A stretch of DNA of 64,000 nucleotides. It comes from Escherichia phage UE-S1. Each line of letters starts with the position of its first letter. Positions within the stretch are counted from its first letter, which is position 1. Below the pieces are notes generated by a model. The model was not told where the DNA came from. It saw only the letters and a program-made list of their open reading frames with translations, and ran no database searches. A program made the translations under genes and the position numbers. Location of the stretch: sequence record ON568341.1; one strand, written 5' to 3'. This document shows, in pieces, positions 29,315 through 39,290 of the stretch.

Positions 29315-29643
29315 TGTCAATGAAACCACTAATTCAACATAATATTTTTTATAGTTCATTATTCAAAATACAAGATGATTTTTATCAGACGTTGAGTAAT
29401 GATCTTATAGGTAAAACTGTACGATATTCAGACCAATACATCAAACGTATGACAAGTCAGTATATTGACCCTGAATACGAATACGACATTGAACACATTA
29501 ATCCCAATACTAGAATGAAAATCATTGAGATATTTAAGAATGGGAGAACTATAGGTGCTGAAATTGAGTACTTGAATTGTGATTGTTACATAGATACTGA
29601 GTTGAGTTTAGATTATCTTGTTTTAGTGGATGATGAGGAATAA
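29314..29643 (+). CDS. family-2 small paralog
   Basis: 109 aa; DLIGKTVRY pattern. Confidence 0.55.
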   Translation: MSMKPLIQHNIFYSSLFKIQDDFYQTLSNDLIGKTVRYSDQYIKRMTSQYIDPEYEYDIEHINPNTRMKIIEIFKNGRTIGAEIEYLNCDCYIDTELSLDYLVLVDDEE

Positions 29644-29645
29644 TT

Positions 29646-29861
29646 ATGATAACATTTTTCGCAATATATGGATTTGTAACATTTGTTACATTTATAACCA
29701 ACTTTTTAGTACTTAATTGGGGTTGTTTTAAAGATGAAATCATGATTGCCATGAATCTCCAAACAGCAGCACTAATGGCTATTATTTGGCCTGTAACGTT
29801 AGTATACCTTTTTATTTCACTTACTCAAGATATTATTAACAAATATAAGAGAAAGAACTAA
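29646..29861 (+). CDS. small membrane protein
   Basis: 71 aa, two hydrophobic segments. Confidence 0.5.
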   Translation: MITFFAIYGFVTFVTFITNFLVLNWGCFKDEIMIAMNLQTAALMAIIWPVTLVYLFISLTQDIINKYKRKN

Positions 29862-30118
29862 TGTTCAAAACCGACTTATCACATTTTCGATATCTTAGGT
29901 CTTTGGCTGATGATTTTATAAATGATCTTAAGCCAAAATATATTGGTCAAGAAGTACGATTAATAAACTCCAGAGGGTATGGAAAGTATATTATAACGGA
30001 TATGTATATTAGTGCTGGTGAGTGGTGTTTTAAAATTAACACTTATCTTAAAGATGGTTCTTTTGCTGGAACACAAGTTACTAAACATACTAATATTATA
30101 TGGTTGGAGCAACAATGA
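29861..30118 (+). CDS. family-2 small paralog
   Basis: 85 aa; LKPKYIGQEVRL pattern. Confidence 0.55.
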   Translation: MFKTDLSHFRYLRSLADDFINDLKPKYIGQEVRLINSRGYGKYIITDMYISAGEWCFKINTYLKDGSFAGTQVTKHTNIIWLEQQ

Positions 30119-30858
30119 AACACTTTTTAGAAGTAACCGTGCCTGATGATAAAGATTTATATATTGTAGGTGATTTGCATGGTAATGGTAAACTATGGGA
30201 TGCTACAGTAAAAGAATTTGGTATTACACACAATGATTATGTTTTCAGTGTAGGTGATGTTATCGACCGTGGAGAACAAAATTCAAAGCTCCTTTTTGAA
30301 TTTTTGTTCGGTGAAAATCGTTACATGATTGCTGGTAATCATGAGATGATGTGTGTTGATTCTGAAACACTTCGAGATTGGTATCATTGTTGGATAAGTA
30401 ATGGTGGTGATAAATTCCTTGATGAAGTTGGAGGGACAGGTATTCAATTCTTTCGTCAGTACTTGAAAGATTTACCTATGATTATCCAAATCAACCATAG
30501 AGGCTTGAAGATCGGGTTAGTTCATGCTGGAGTTCCTTTGGAATATACAACATGGGAACGATTTGTTAATGGGACAAAATCACTTAGTGCTGATATAGTT
30601 GATAAGTGCTTGTGGGATAGGAAAACATTCGATTATTGTAGGACAAATAATACTTATTATGCACCTAAGTTAGATGGAGTGCATTGTGTCTTTAGTGGAC
30701 ATACAGCAGTTACTGAACCACTCATTTATGGCAATCGCATTTGGATTGATAGTCAGTTCTTGACGGGTGACTTAACTCTCGCTACTCCACAAAGTGGTGG
30801 GATGAGATACTTACGTAAAGAAAAAGATGAGTACTCATTCAGTCGTTTCAAAAGGTAA
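30115..30858 (+). CDS. Ser/Thr protein phosphatase, PPP / calcineurin-like metallophosphatase
   Basis: Track ORF 30100; ATG at 30115; GDLHGN, GDVIDRG and GNHE motifs. Confidence 0.8.
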   Translation: MKHFLEVTVPDDKDLYIVGDLHGNGKLWDATVKEFGITHNDYVFSVGDVIDRGEQNSKLLFEFLFGENRYMIAGNHEMMCVDSETLRDWYHCWISNGGDKFLDEVGGTGIQFFRQYLKDLPMIIQINHRGLKIGLVHAGVPLEYTTWERFVNGTKSLSADIVDKCLWDRKTFDYCRTNNTYYAPKLDGVHCVFSGHTAVTEPLIYGNRIWIDSQFLTGDLTLATPQSGGMRYLRKEKDEYSFSRFKR

Positions 30859-30863
30859 TAATT

Positions 30864-31133
30864 ATGCATGATGTAGTTAAAAAATATTTGAATGATAGAT
30901 ATATCATGGAAAAATCTATTAATTCTATCCTAAAAGATCATGATAATCAAATACGTGAGATTCTATCAAATAAACTTATTGGTTGTTCAGTTGAGTTCAA
31001 CTACAAAAAGAATGTAGTGAAGATTGGAGTTATTAAACGTGTAGTTGCTGTTTATGACCAAAATGTATATGTTGAAATTGAATATGATGGTAAATTATCA
31101 CAATTAAGTACTGAAGATTTAACATTTTTATAA
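30864..31133 (+). CDS. family-2 small paralog
   Basis: 89 aa; SNKLIGCSVEF pattern. Confidence 0.55.
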   Translation: MHDVVKKYLNDRYIMEKSINSILKDHDNQIREILSNKLIGCSVEFNYKKNVVKIGVIKRVVAVYDQNVYVEIEYDGKLSQLSTEDLTFL

Positions 31134-31143
31134 GGAAATAGAA

Positions 31144-31371
31144 ATGAAAGTAATTCAAGTTATGGTAGAAAAATACCAAACTGAAGATGGTCGTATTTTT
31201 GATTCAGCTAAACAAGCTGAACATCATGAACGTATTATTTCGGGTACACGTAAAGTGTGTCCTACATGTAATGGAACACAACAAGTGCCGTCAGAAGATT
31301 ACCGCAGCTTTTATGCTTGTCCATACTGTGATGGGAAAGGCTATGTAGAAAAACAAGAGGTATGGAAATGA
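31144..31371 (+). CDS. small zinc-ribbon protein
   Basis: 75 aa; CPTCNG ... CPYCDGKG. Confidence 0.5.
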   Translation: MKVIQVMVEKYQTEDGRIFDSAKQAEHHERIISGTRKVCPTCNGTQQVPSEDYRSFYACPYCDGKGYVEKQEVWK

Positions 31372-31781
31372 AATTGTATTGCTTAACTAATATGTACTGT
31401 CAAGGTGTCCAAGCTGGTATTCAAGCATTTCATGCTGGTGTTAAACTAATCAAAGAATATGAAGGTACTGCTTTCAGTACTATGATTGATGAATGGTATA
31501 ATGAGCACGAAACTATTGTAGTACTAAATGCGGGTGGACATGATAAATTAAATTCTTATTATAAAGACCTTAACAAACAGGGAACAGTTCCGTTTGCCAA
31601 ATTCAATGAAGCTGGATTGAATGATGCTATTACATGTATCGCAGTACTGTGTACATCTGAAATGATTGAAGACATGGCTGTTATGCGTATGAATCTTCCT
31701 GCTGGTGATCAGCTAATGCAAGTGAAATATGGTGCATTGTTTGACACACTTAAAGCAATCAGTACGATGAGGACAATTTGA
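31362..31781 (+). CDS. hypothetical protein
   Basis: 139 aa ORF. Confidence 0.55.
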   Translation: MEMKLYCLTNMYCQGVQAGIQAFHAGVKLIKEYEGTAFSTMIDEWYNEHETIVVLNAGGHDKLNSYYKDLNKQGTVPFAKFNEAGLNDAITCIAVLCTSEMIEDMAVMRMNLPAGDQLMQVKYGALFDTLKAISTMRTI

Positions 31782-32980
31782 TGGATTTTCCAGAGAAGTT
31801 ATTTGTTGCACGTTCCTATGTAAACCACAACCAAGTTGATGGTTTTATCATTGATGCAACCAAATCACACACAAAAGCATTTGAAACAAAGAAAGAAAGA
31901 GCAGAGTATTGGGCAAAGAAGAACAATCTTCCATCGTTGTTTATTGACAACGTTCCAACCACTGGATTTTGTGTAGTTGATAAATTAACAATTCATGCAC
32001 GAGAAACATATTTCACAATCCGTCACCCAGAAGGATTTGAATTTATGATTAGTGCAAAAAACATGAATGATTTAATTATCAATAATGATATCATTAAAGG
32101 TGTTTTTGTAGACCCAATGTTTTTTAACAATAACTTAGAATTGATTAATGGTAAAACAAAAACATTTGCTAAGTTAGTTGAAAAACAAAATAAAAAAGAA
32201 CAACAAAAAGAAACTGTGGCAAGTCTTAAAGTTGGTGATGGTTTCACTTATCTTAAAGAAGATTACTATTACTGCGGTAAAGTACATGCAATTTGTATCA
32301 AGAAAACTAAAGAATTTGCATATCCAGATAAAAGTTCAATATATCATTTAGTTTTTAATAGTACTCGTGGAACTTATGCATTGAATCAACGTTTGGATAA
32401 TTACAATCTGGAACCTCGTGCACTCTTGAATAAGAAGACTACGACAGATGAAGAAATTAAACTTGCTAATGAATTTTGGCAAAGCTATAGAATAAACAGA
32501 CATAACCCATTAGGTGAATCTAACATTCCAGTACTGGTACACAATAAATCATTTAAAGCAAAAGACCTTAAAATTAAATACGAAGAAATAAATGTTGATG
32601 ATCTTATGAACAATGGACGTTTCAACGAAAACGTACCATTCATGACTAAAGATAATGAACAATCTTATCGCGTATTTTTTGGTGTAAGTGATAATACGAC
32701 ACGTAGTTATTATGGACGTAGCGGGGATTATACTATTCATTATATTGATAAATTTGAACGCTTTAGTGCATACCCAGTTCAAATTGATGATAATGGAATT
32801 ATGTCAATGGATGTTGATATTAATGAGCACACATCATTTAGTACATGGAATGGTTATCGTTCTCCATTCTTTCCACCAAATGAACGCAAAACATCAAGTA
32901 CTCGTTACTATCAGGATAAACCATGTCACGTCCAATTATCAATTAGCAATCCACTTTTTATTGGAAAGTATTATCTATAA
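31778..32980 (+). CDS. hypothetical protein
   Basis: 400 aa ORF; ATGA overlap upstream. Confidence 0.6.
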   Translation: MMDFPEKLFVARSYVNHNQVDGFIIDATKSHTKAFETKKERAEYWAKKNNLPSLFIDNVPTTGFCVVDKLTIHARETYFTIRHPEGFEFMISAKNMNDLIINNDIIKGVFVDPMFFNNNLELINGKTKTFAKLVEKQNKKEQQKETVASLKVGDGFTYLKEDYYYCGKVHAICIKKTKEFAYPDKSSIYHLVFNSTRGTYALNQRLDNYNLEPRALLNKKTTTDEEIKLANEFWQSYRINRHNPLGESNIPVLVHNKSFKAKDLKIKYEEINVDDLMNNGRFNENVPFMTKDNEQSYRVFFGVSDNTTRSYYGRSGDYTIHYIDKFERFSAYPVQIDDNGIMSMDVDINEHTSFSTWNGYRSPFFPPNERKTSSTRYYQDKPCHVQLSISNPLFIGKYYL

Positions 32981-32991
32981 AGGAATATACA

Positions 32992-34413
32992 ATGAGCATT
33001 TTAGCAATTCTTGAAAGCATTAAAAATACTAGCAGTACTCTGGGTAAAAAAGCTATCCTTGAACAAAACAAAGATAACCAAACATTACAAAAAGTACTGA
33101 AATATACACTAGACCCTTCAATTGTAAGTGGGTATAAAAAGCTACCACAAGCTGATGATGTCTACCAACATATGACATTAGATGAAGCAATTGATAAGCT
33201 AGAATGCATTTACAAACGTGGTGTAACCGGAAATGCTGGACGTGACTTTATTGCTTCAGTACTGGGTTCTGTATCTGAAGATGATCAGGAAGTTCTACGA
33301 AGAATGCTCACTAAGAACCTTGATTGTGGTATTCAAGAAAAGAACTGCAATGATGTGTTCGGGAAAGGTTTTATCAAAGACGAACCATACATGCGTTGTT
33401 CTTTGATTGACAAAAAGACTGCAAAGAACATTAACTTCAAAGATTATGGTTATGCTATATCAGAAGTGAAAATGGATGGTCAGTACTTGAACCACGTTGT
33501 CATTAATGGTTCATTAACTTCTACATCCCGTAATGGTAAACTATACGACTTCCTGGGTTGTCGTGATGGTGAGATGGCAGGTCTTGCTCACATCATCCAA
33601 AGTAAAGATGAACGTTTTAGTAGTGGTGTAGTCTTTATGGGTGAAGGTGTAGTACTGGACAATGATGGAGAAACCATTCTCCCACGCACTACTGGCAATG
33701 GTATAATTCAGAAAGCTGGAAAAGATAGTATCAGTCAGAATGAAGCAATGCGTACTGTATTTGTTCTATGGGATGTTGTTCCATATGATGCATTTTGTGA
33801 AGGTGTATGGGATGTAAAACGTAAAGAACGTCGCGAGATCTTAGTAGATGCAATTAACGAACTCAGTAGTGATTTTGTTCGTATGGTTGGATTCCGTAAA
33901 GTTCTAAACATCAAAGAAGCATTTGAGTACAATAGTGAACTAATGAACGAAGGTGAAGAGGGTTCAGTACTGAAATGTGAAGATGGTATCTGGAAATCTC
34001 ACACTTCTCCTAAGCAATTGAAAATGAAACTTAAAATGCAATTGGACTTGCGTATTGTTGGTTTCAATGAAGGTGAAGGTAAGCGTAAAGGTAGCCTTGG
34101 TTCTTTACAACTGGAAAGTGCTTGTGGTACATTGAAAGTTAATGTAGGTACTGGAATTAAAGAGAAAGACGCAGAATGGACGTTTAAAACCATTTGGGAA
34201 AGAATGCAAGAACTCATTGGTCAAGTAGTAACCGTGCAGTGCAATGATATAGTGTATGATCAGCGTACTGGCGAACCATCACTATTTTTACCTGTGTTTA
34301 TTGAATTTAGATTTGACAAAAACACTTGTGACGACTATACTCGTATCTTAGAAATTCGTGATAGTGCTGTTGAAGTTTTTAGTAATGCTATCATAAAATC
34401 GTTAACTAACTAA
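32992..34413 (+). CDS. ATP-dependent DNA ligase (T4 gp30-like)
   Basis: 473 aa; N-terminus ILAILESIKNTSSTLGKKAILEQNKDN matches recalled T4 ligase; adenylation motif KMDGQ. Confidence 0.85.
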   Translation: MSILAILESIKNTSSTLGKKAILEQNKDNQTLQKVLKYTLDPSIVSGYKKLPQADDVYQHMTLDEAIDKLECIYKRGVTGNAGRDFIASVLGSVSEDDQEVLRRMLTKNLDCGIQEKNCNDVFGKGFIKDEPYMRCSLIDKKTAKNINFKDYGYAISEVKMDGQYLNHVVINGSLTSTSRNGKLYDFLGCRDGEMAGLAHIIQSKDERFSSGVVFMGEGVVLDNDGETILPRTTGNGIIQKAGKDSISQNEAMRTVFVLWDVVPYDAFCEGVWDVKRKERREILVDAINELSSDFVRMVGFRKVLNIKEAFEYNSELMNEGEEGSVLKCEDGIWKSHTSPKQLKMKLKMQLDLRIVGFNEGEGKRKGSLGSLQLESACGTLKVNVGTGIKEKDAEWTFKTIWERMQELIGQVVTVQCNDIVYDQRTGEPSLFLPVFIEFRFDKNTCDDYTRILEIRDSAVEVFSNAIIKSLTN

Positions 34414-34424
34414 AAAAGAATAAT

Positions 34425-35495
34425 ATGTATACTATTGATGATGAAATAATTAATAATAAATTTATTTCTGATACATACAATGCATATGATATATCTAAAA
34501 TAATTCTCAAGGAAAAGTATCCTCAATTTGATTGGGATACTATTGACCTTGAGAATTTAAAAACTGATGATTATTGTAAAAATGACATTATTGGATATAT
34601 ACAAGATAAAAAAAATATAAAATTGTATGGCATTAAATGTGAAAAATGCTCCCAAAATTACAAACTAAATGGTCTAGGGATATATTTTTCATATAAAGGA
34701 AATTTAGTTAAGGGTAAGTGTCCATGTAATTGTAGTAAGCATAAATTCTACACAAAATATCAAAATATTTTTTTGATTAATGAAAAAGCAAAAACGTTAA
34801 ATTATATTTTTTGTGGTTTTGTTGATGAGTATAAAGGTAAAAATAAAACAAAAATAAAATTATATTGTCCAAATAACAAACATGGTATATGGGATACAAC
34901 ATTAATATATAGTTTTATAGAATCAAACAATGGATGTATTAAATGTGCACATGAATCAGTCGGGTTAAGTAATAGTATAACTTTCGCAGATCATATAAAA
35001 GATTTTTTATCAACTGGTAAGTATAATAAAAATACAAAATTTTGGAAATCTAATAAGATTGACAGTAGAGGATATAATAATTATTGGTTTTGCCAATGTC
35101 CAATATGTAAAACTACAGTTGAGGCATCTACTACAAATCTTAAAAGTGGGAAAGTATCATGTTTATGTAACGGGAACACCCAGCAACAGGGATATATAAA
35201 TTTAGTACTTGACAATGATATACCAATTGCATTAAAATATGGAATAACATCTAATACAGAAGTCAGAGAAAAAACACAAAATCGCAATTCAATCTATGAT
35301 ATTGTAAACTGTGGTGTCTGGGAGTTTGAATCTTCTTTGTTATGTAAATCAGCAGAAGCGGAATGTAAAAGAACTTTCTCACCAGTACTTGAAGCTCGTG
35401 AAATGAAAGATGGATATACTGAAACTACATCACCATTAGATATTGACAAAATCATTGAAATATATGAAAATTGGGGTGGTGTGCGAATAAAATAA
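34425..35495 (+). CDS. Cys-rich zinc-ribbon protein with possible GIY-YIG-like C-terminal domain
   Basis: 356 aa; repeated CxxC / CxC pairs; C-terminal GYINLV...KYGITSN resembles GIY...YIG spacing. Confidence 0.4.
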   Translation: MYTIDDEIINNKFISDTYNAYDISKIILKEKYPQFDWDTIDLENLKTDDYCKNDIIGYIQDKKNIKLYGIKCEKCSQNYKLNGLGIYFSYKGNLVKGKCPCNCSKHKFYTKYQNIFLINEKAKTLNYIFCGFVDEYKGKNKTKIKLYCPNNKHGIWDTTLIYSFIESNNGCIKCAHESVGLSNSITFADHIKDFLSTGKYNKNTKFWKSNKIDSRGYNNYWFCQCPICKTTVEASTTNLKSGKVSCLCNGNTQQQGYINLVLDNDIPIALKYGITSNTEVREKTQNRNSIYDIVNCGVWEFESSLLCKSAEAECKRTFSPVLEAREMKDGYTETTSPLDIDKIIEIYENWGGVRIK

Positions 35496-35507
35496 CCGGA
35501 GGTAATT

Positions 35508-36299
35508 ATGAAATTTGTTGTAACGTCAGACGTACACGGTGGCACTGATTACCTCCATAGTGGTGATTACAGTGATACAGTACTGTTCATTGCTGGAGAC
35601 TTCGATGAAGTTAAACGCAGTCGTTACCGTACTGGTATCGAATCACTATGTAAGCAGTTCAAAAATGTAGTGCTGGTTCCTGGCAATCACGAATACTATG
35701 GTTCTAATATCCACAAAACGCATAAAGTTCTATCTGACATGCAAGATGAGATTCCCAATTTCATCTTTTTGCAAAACAAATTTGTATGGCTGGATGGGGT
35801 ACTTCTTGTTGGTAGTACTCTGTGGACAGACTTCGATAAAGGTAACTCTTTGACTAAGTTTGATGCTCGTCAAAAGATGAATGATTATAAACATATCCGT
35901 CATGGAACAACATCCGAGCCTTGGCGTAAGAAGTTGACACCAGATGATACGGAGTTCATGCATTATAAAGATAAACAATTTATTAAAAATTCTATTGACA
36001 CGGCTCGCTTTATGCATGATAATGATTTCAAGGTAATTGTGATTACACATCACGCACCAAGTTATCAAAGTGTTTCACCAAAATATAAAAATGATTCCCT
36101 GAATGGCTGTTACTGTTCAGATATGGATCAGTACATTGAAGATTTGGGTGCTGATATTTGGATTCATGGTCATGTTCATAGTAGCTTTGACTACCACATT
36201 GGTAAGACACGTATCATTTGTAATCCACGAGGCTATGAATCGTACAGTGGTGCTTGTGAGAATTTTGATTACAATCCTAAATTAGTATTTGAAATTTAA
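35508..36299 (+). CDS. metallophosphoesterase (calcineurin-like)
   Basis: 263 aa; SDVHGG, GDFDE, GNHEYY, HHAP, GHVH motifs. Confidence 0.7.
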   Translation: MKFVVTSDVHGGTDYLHSGDYSDTVLFIAGDFDEVKRSRYRTGIESLCKQFKNVVLVPGNHEYYGSNIHKTHKVLSDMQDEIPNFIFLQNKFVWLDGVLLVGSTLWTDFDKGNSLTKFDARQKMNDYKHIRHGTTSEPWRKKLTPDDTEFMHYKDKQFIKNSIDTARFMHDNDFKVIVITHHAPSYQSVSPKYKNDSLNGCYCSDMDQYIEDLGADIWIHGHVHSSFDYHIGKTRIICNPRGYESYSGACENFDYNPKLVFEI

Positions 36300-36311
36300 T
36301 AAGAGGATATT

Positions 36312-36695
36312 GTGTCATTAATTTATTTTGAACTACCCGAATATACCAATTATCCAAGCCGAGTTATTTGCTCAATATATAGTAATGCATACCATCACTT
36401 GTTAGTGAATAGTAATAAAGCTGTGCATTATTATCGAGATAAAGAACCAATTATATTAAAGAATCGTTATGGATTTAACTCAACTGATCCTGAAGTTAAA
36501 CTCTGTGATTTATCAGGGGAAGTGTTGGTTGTAATGAAATGTGATACTAATCTTTTCCATACATACAAACTTAATCAGTACTTTATGGAAACACTTTCTA
36601 TACGTTCCCATGCTCCGATGATTAAAGTTGATTTGAATTATGTTGATGATAAATTAAAATACGATCTCATAAATTCACTTGTTTATTTGGAGTAA
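36312..36695 (+). CDS. hypothetical protein
   Basis: 127 aa; GTG start after AAGAGGA. Confidence 0.5.
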   Translation: MSLIYFELPEYTNYPSRVICSIYSNAYHHLLVNSNKAVHYYRDKEPIILKNRYGFNSTDPEVKLCDLSGEVLVVMKCDTNLFHTYKLNQYFMETLSIRSHAPMIKVDLNYVDDKLKYDLINSLVYLE

Positions 36696-36696
36696 T

Positions 36697-37101
36697 ATGA
36701 ATATACGTTCAGTACGAATATTTTCATTTGTTGATAAGAATGAAAAACACTCTTATGTGTTTGAAAATGTCAATAAGTTAAATCCTCATACAGCAAAAAT
36801 GATTGAAACAATGAAAATCTTTAGCTGGAAGATAGAAGTGTTCCATCTTAATGACGATTCTGTTTTTATATATGATGATGGATGGTATGACGGTGTGTTT
36901 TATGAGGACATTAGCACAACCTCAGATTACTACTTTCTAGTGAGTAATCCACTTTTCAGTACTAACACGTTGTTTGACATTACCATTTCAAACGCGTATG
37001 AAACAAGTCATGTTGAGTTACTTAAGTTTGATCCCGTATTATTCAATAAAGAAACAGCTTACTGGATGACTGATTTCTTTTCAAATATTCCAGTAAAATA
37101 G
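36697..37101 (+). CDS. hypothetical protein
   Basis: Track ORF 36679 (TTG); ATG at 36697 after GGAG. Confidence 0.5.
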   Translation: MNIRSVRIFSFVDKNEKHSYVFENVNKLNPHTAKMIETMKIFSWKIEVFHLNDDSVFIYDDGWYDGVFYEDISTTSDYYFLVSNPLFSTNTLFDITISNAYETSHVELLKFDPVLFNKETAYWMTDFFSNIPVK

Positions 37102-37102
37102 T

Positions 37103-37131
37103 TTGGACATTTTAAATCTTAGTGATATAAT
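37103..37131 (+). promoter_or_regulatory. sigma70-like promoter candidate
   Basis: TTGGAC, 17-nt spacer, TATAAT with TG extension (TGATATAAT); 35 nt upstream of the ClpP-like gene. Confidence 0.45.
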
Positions 37132-37165
37132 ACTCACAACAACGAAATAATAGAGGAAATTAATA

Positions 37166-37861
37166 ATGGTTGAACAATTCAATTTTGGTGGTTATGCTAA
37201 TGGTGAAGTAAGTAACATTTCTATTCCGTATGTAGTTGAAAAAGTTAATGGTTCAGAGCGTACATATGATCTAGCATCTCGTATGATGCAAGACCGTATC
37301 ATTTTCCTTGATACTGATTTCAATGACCAGATGGCACATATCATCAAACAACAATTGGTGTGGTTAGACTCACAAGGTGATTCCCCTATTACATTCTATA
37401 TTAGTTCACCAGGTGGTTCAGTACATGCAGGTTTGGGCATCGCTGATATTGCTAAATCTTGTGTATCACCAATCCGTACTGTAGTAATGGGTTATGCAGC
37501 ATCAATGGGGTGTTATACACAATCTGTTATTGGGACTAAAGGCTTCCGTTTGGGTGGTAAACGTTCCTACTTCATGTGTCACCAAGTAAGTTCTGGTACG
37601 AAAGGTCTAATTACTGACCAGAAAATTTCACTTAAACATTCTGATGAACTGAACACGTTGCTGACGAAAGAAATCGCTGAAGCTGTTGGTGTTTCTCATG
37701 AACAACTACTGAAAGATGCAGACCGTGATTTGTGGTTGAATGCTGAAGAAGCACTCGAATATGGTGAAAAAGGATTTATCGATGGTATTATCCTTGGACC
37801 ACGCAACGAGAAAGGTCAATACCTAGTCAAGCGTCGTGGTGGTGTTGAAGAGTGGGTGTGA
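37166..37861 (+). CDS. ClpP-like serine peptidase
   Basis: 231 aa; SSPGGSV, catalytic-Ser box GYAASMG, His box MCHQ, Asp region DADRDLW..AEEALEYG. Confidence 0.85.
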   Translation: MVEQFNFGGYANGEVSNISIPYVVEKVNGSERTYDLASRMMQDRIIFLDTDFNDQMAHIIKQQLVWLDSQGDSPITFYISSPGGSVHAGLGIADIAKSCVSPIRTVVMGYAASMGCYTQSVIGTKGFRLGGKRSYFMCHQVSSGTKGLITDQKISLKHSDELNTLLTKEIAEAVGVSHEQLLKDADRDLWLNAEEALEYGEKGFIDGIILGPRNEKGQYLVKRRGGVEEWV

Positions 37862-37916
37862 TTTAGTGATGATTACACTTTATACCCACATTGTGTGGTA
37901 TTTCTAAGGAGCAAAA

Positions 37917-38213
37917 ATGACAAAAACTTTAGTTCGTAATAATTCAGCACAAGAGGCTGATGTTCTTGAAGATTCAGAATTCATCACTGTTGCCCTGGAA
38001 CAAATTAGTACTCAAGCATTGGCACTAAAAGATACTACACAGTCAGAAGACCTATTGGTAGGGATGGCTAATATCCTTGAACTAATGCAGGAAGTTCTAG
38101 TAAAGAACAATATTACACCAATTGATGCAGTACAATATGCTGCAAATCTACGAGCAGAATTCGGTTCATTCTGTGATAAGAAATATATCAGTACTGAAGA
38201 GGAAAAAGAATAA
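37917..38213 (+). CDS. hypothetical protein
   Basis: 98 aa; GGAG RBS. Confidence 0.55.
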   Translation: MTKTLVRNNSAQEADVLEDSEFITVALEQISTQALALKDTTQSEDLLVGMANILELMQEVLVKNNITPIDAVQYAANLRAEFGSFCDKKYISTEEEKE

Positions 38214-38214
38214 T

Positions 38215-38661
38215 ATGTCTAATGCACAACACAAAGAAGGTTATGACGCGTTTAAAAACAAAGTAGTTTTTAACAATGAACAGCTAAAATCACAGCACCC
38301 ACTATTCCGTCAAGGTTATCGTGCTGCACAAGCTGAAGCTATGAAGAAAAACAACGTAACATTCCCAACAACTCTGTATGATATTCCTAAACGTCCATCA
38401 GTGTTTAAAGCAGAATGGACTGACATTATGGCAGCAACTAAACGTCCTCGTTTTGCTAAACTTCACACTGATGAAGGTCGCTGGATGTTGATGGGTATTA
38501 TGAAAGCAGTCGAAAATCAATCACATAAGATTACTCGATATAAAGATGTTATTGCTATGGTTGATAAAGCATTTGATCTTGTTCTACAATATGGTTATGA
38601 CGAAGGTGTTCTAACTATTGCTGATTGTGAGCAATATCAGTACACCCCATATCAAAAATAA
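38215..38661 (+). CDS. hypothetical protein
   Basis: Track ORF 38122..38661; in-frame ATG near 38215 immediately after upstream stop. Confidence 0.55.
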   Translation: MSNAQHKEGYDAFKNKVVFNNEQLKSQHPLFRQGYRAAQAEAMKKNNVTFPTTLYDIPKRPSVFKAEWTDIMAATKRPRFAKLHTDEGRWMLMGIMKAVENQSHKITRYKDVIAMVDKAFDLVLQYGYDEGVLTIADCEQYQYTPYQK

Positions 38662-38670
38662 TATAACAAA

Positions 38671-38700
38671 TAGGAATCCTAGTATGGGATTCCTATTTTT
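38671..38700 (+). terminator. rho-independent terminator
   Basis: TAGGAATCC-TAGTATG-GGATTCCTA hairpin followed by TTTTT. Confidence 0.6.
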
Positions 38701-38765
38701 ATTACTGCACGTCATCTTTTGATATAAATTTGAATACATTGTTGTTTATAATCTAGAGGGACATA

Positions 38766-39290
38766 ATGAAATACACACACCTAAGTATAGATGATACTAA
38801 TATCTGGTTAGATAACATAATCAAGACATTAGAATTAATTAAACTTACATTACAGAAATCAATTGATATTGAAACTAATATTAAACACGAAATATTAAAT
38901 TATTATCACAGAAACAAATATTGTACGTTTTTCTCTAAATTAATTTATGGATTATATGATAGTGAAGATATTTGTATCGGTTACAGTACTGGTATTTGCT
39001 TTACAATTAATGGTTTTATGAATGATTTAAATTTCCGTCTTTCAGAAGAACAGCAAAAGTTTCGTATATTTTGTGAGAATATTATCGATAAAGATGAAAT
39101 ATCATTTGTTATTGAATTAAATAGAACATGGTCTACATATGCAGATAAACCATTTGAAATTAATGAAACAGATGTGTTAAACTATATTCGAGTCATGAAA
39201 ATTCATGATTTGTGTAAAAATGCATTGTTAAGTATTGGAGCTTATAATGAAACATACGACTTGGTTGAAGATAGCAGAAGTAGTTGCTGA
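38766..39290 (+). CDS. hypothetical protein
   Basis: 174 aa; GAGGG RBS. Confidence 0.55.
   Translation: MKYTHLSIDDTNIWLDNIIKTLELIKLTLQKSIDIETNIKHEILNYYHRNKYCTFFSKLIYGLYDSEDICIGYSTGICFTINGFMNDLNFRLSEEQQKFRIFCENIIDKDEISFVIELNRTWSTYADKPFEINETDVLNYIRVMKIHDLCKNALLSIGAYNETYDLVEDSRSSC

Noticed and set aside
32688-33014. 108 aa plus-strand ORF spanning the junction with the ligase gene
   Set aside because: Overlaps the 3' end of 31778-32980 and the ligase start in another frame; hydrophobic low-complexity translation typical of AT-rich off-frame ORFs.
35730-36068. 112 aa minus-strand ORF
   Set aside because: Antisense to the metallophosphoesterase gene, with no RBS or recognisable motifs.
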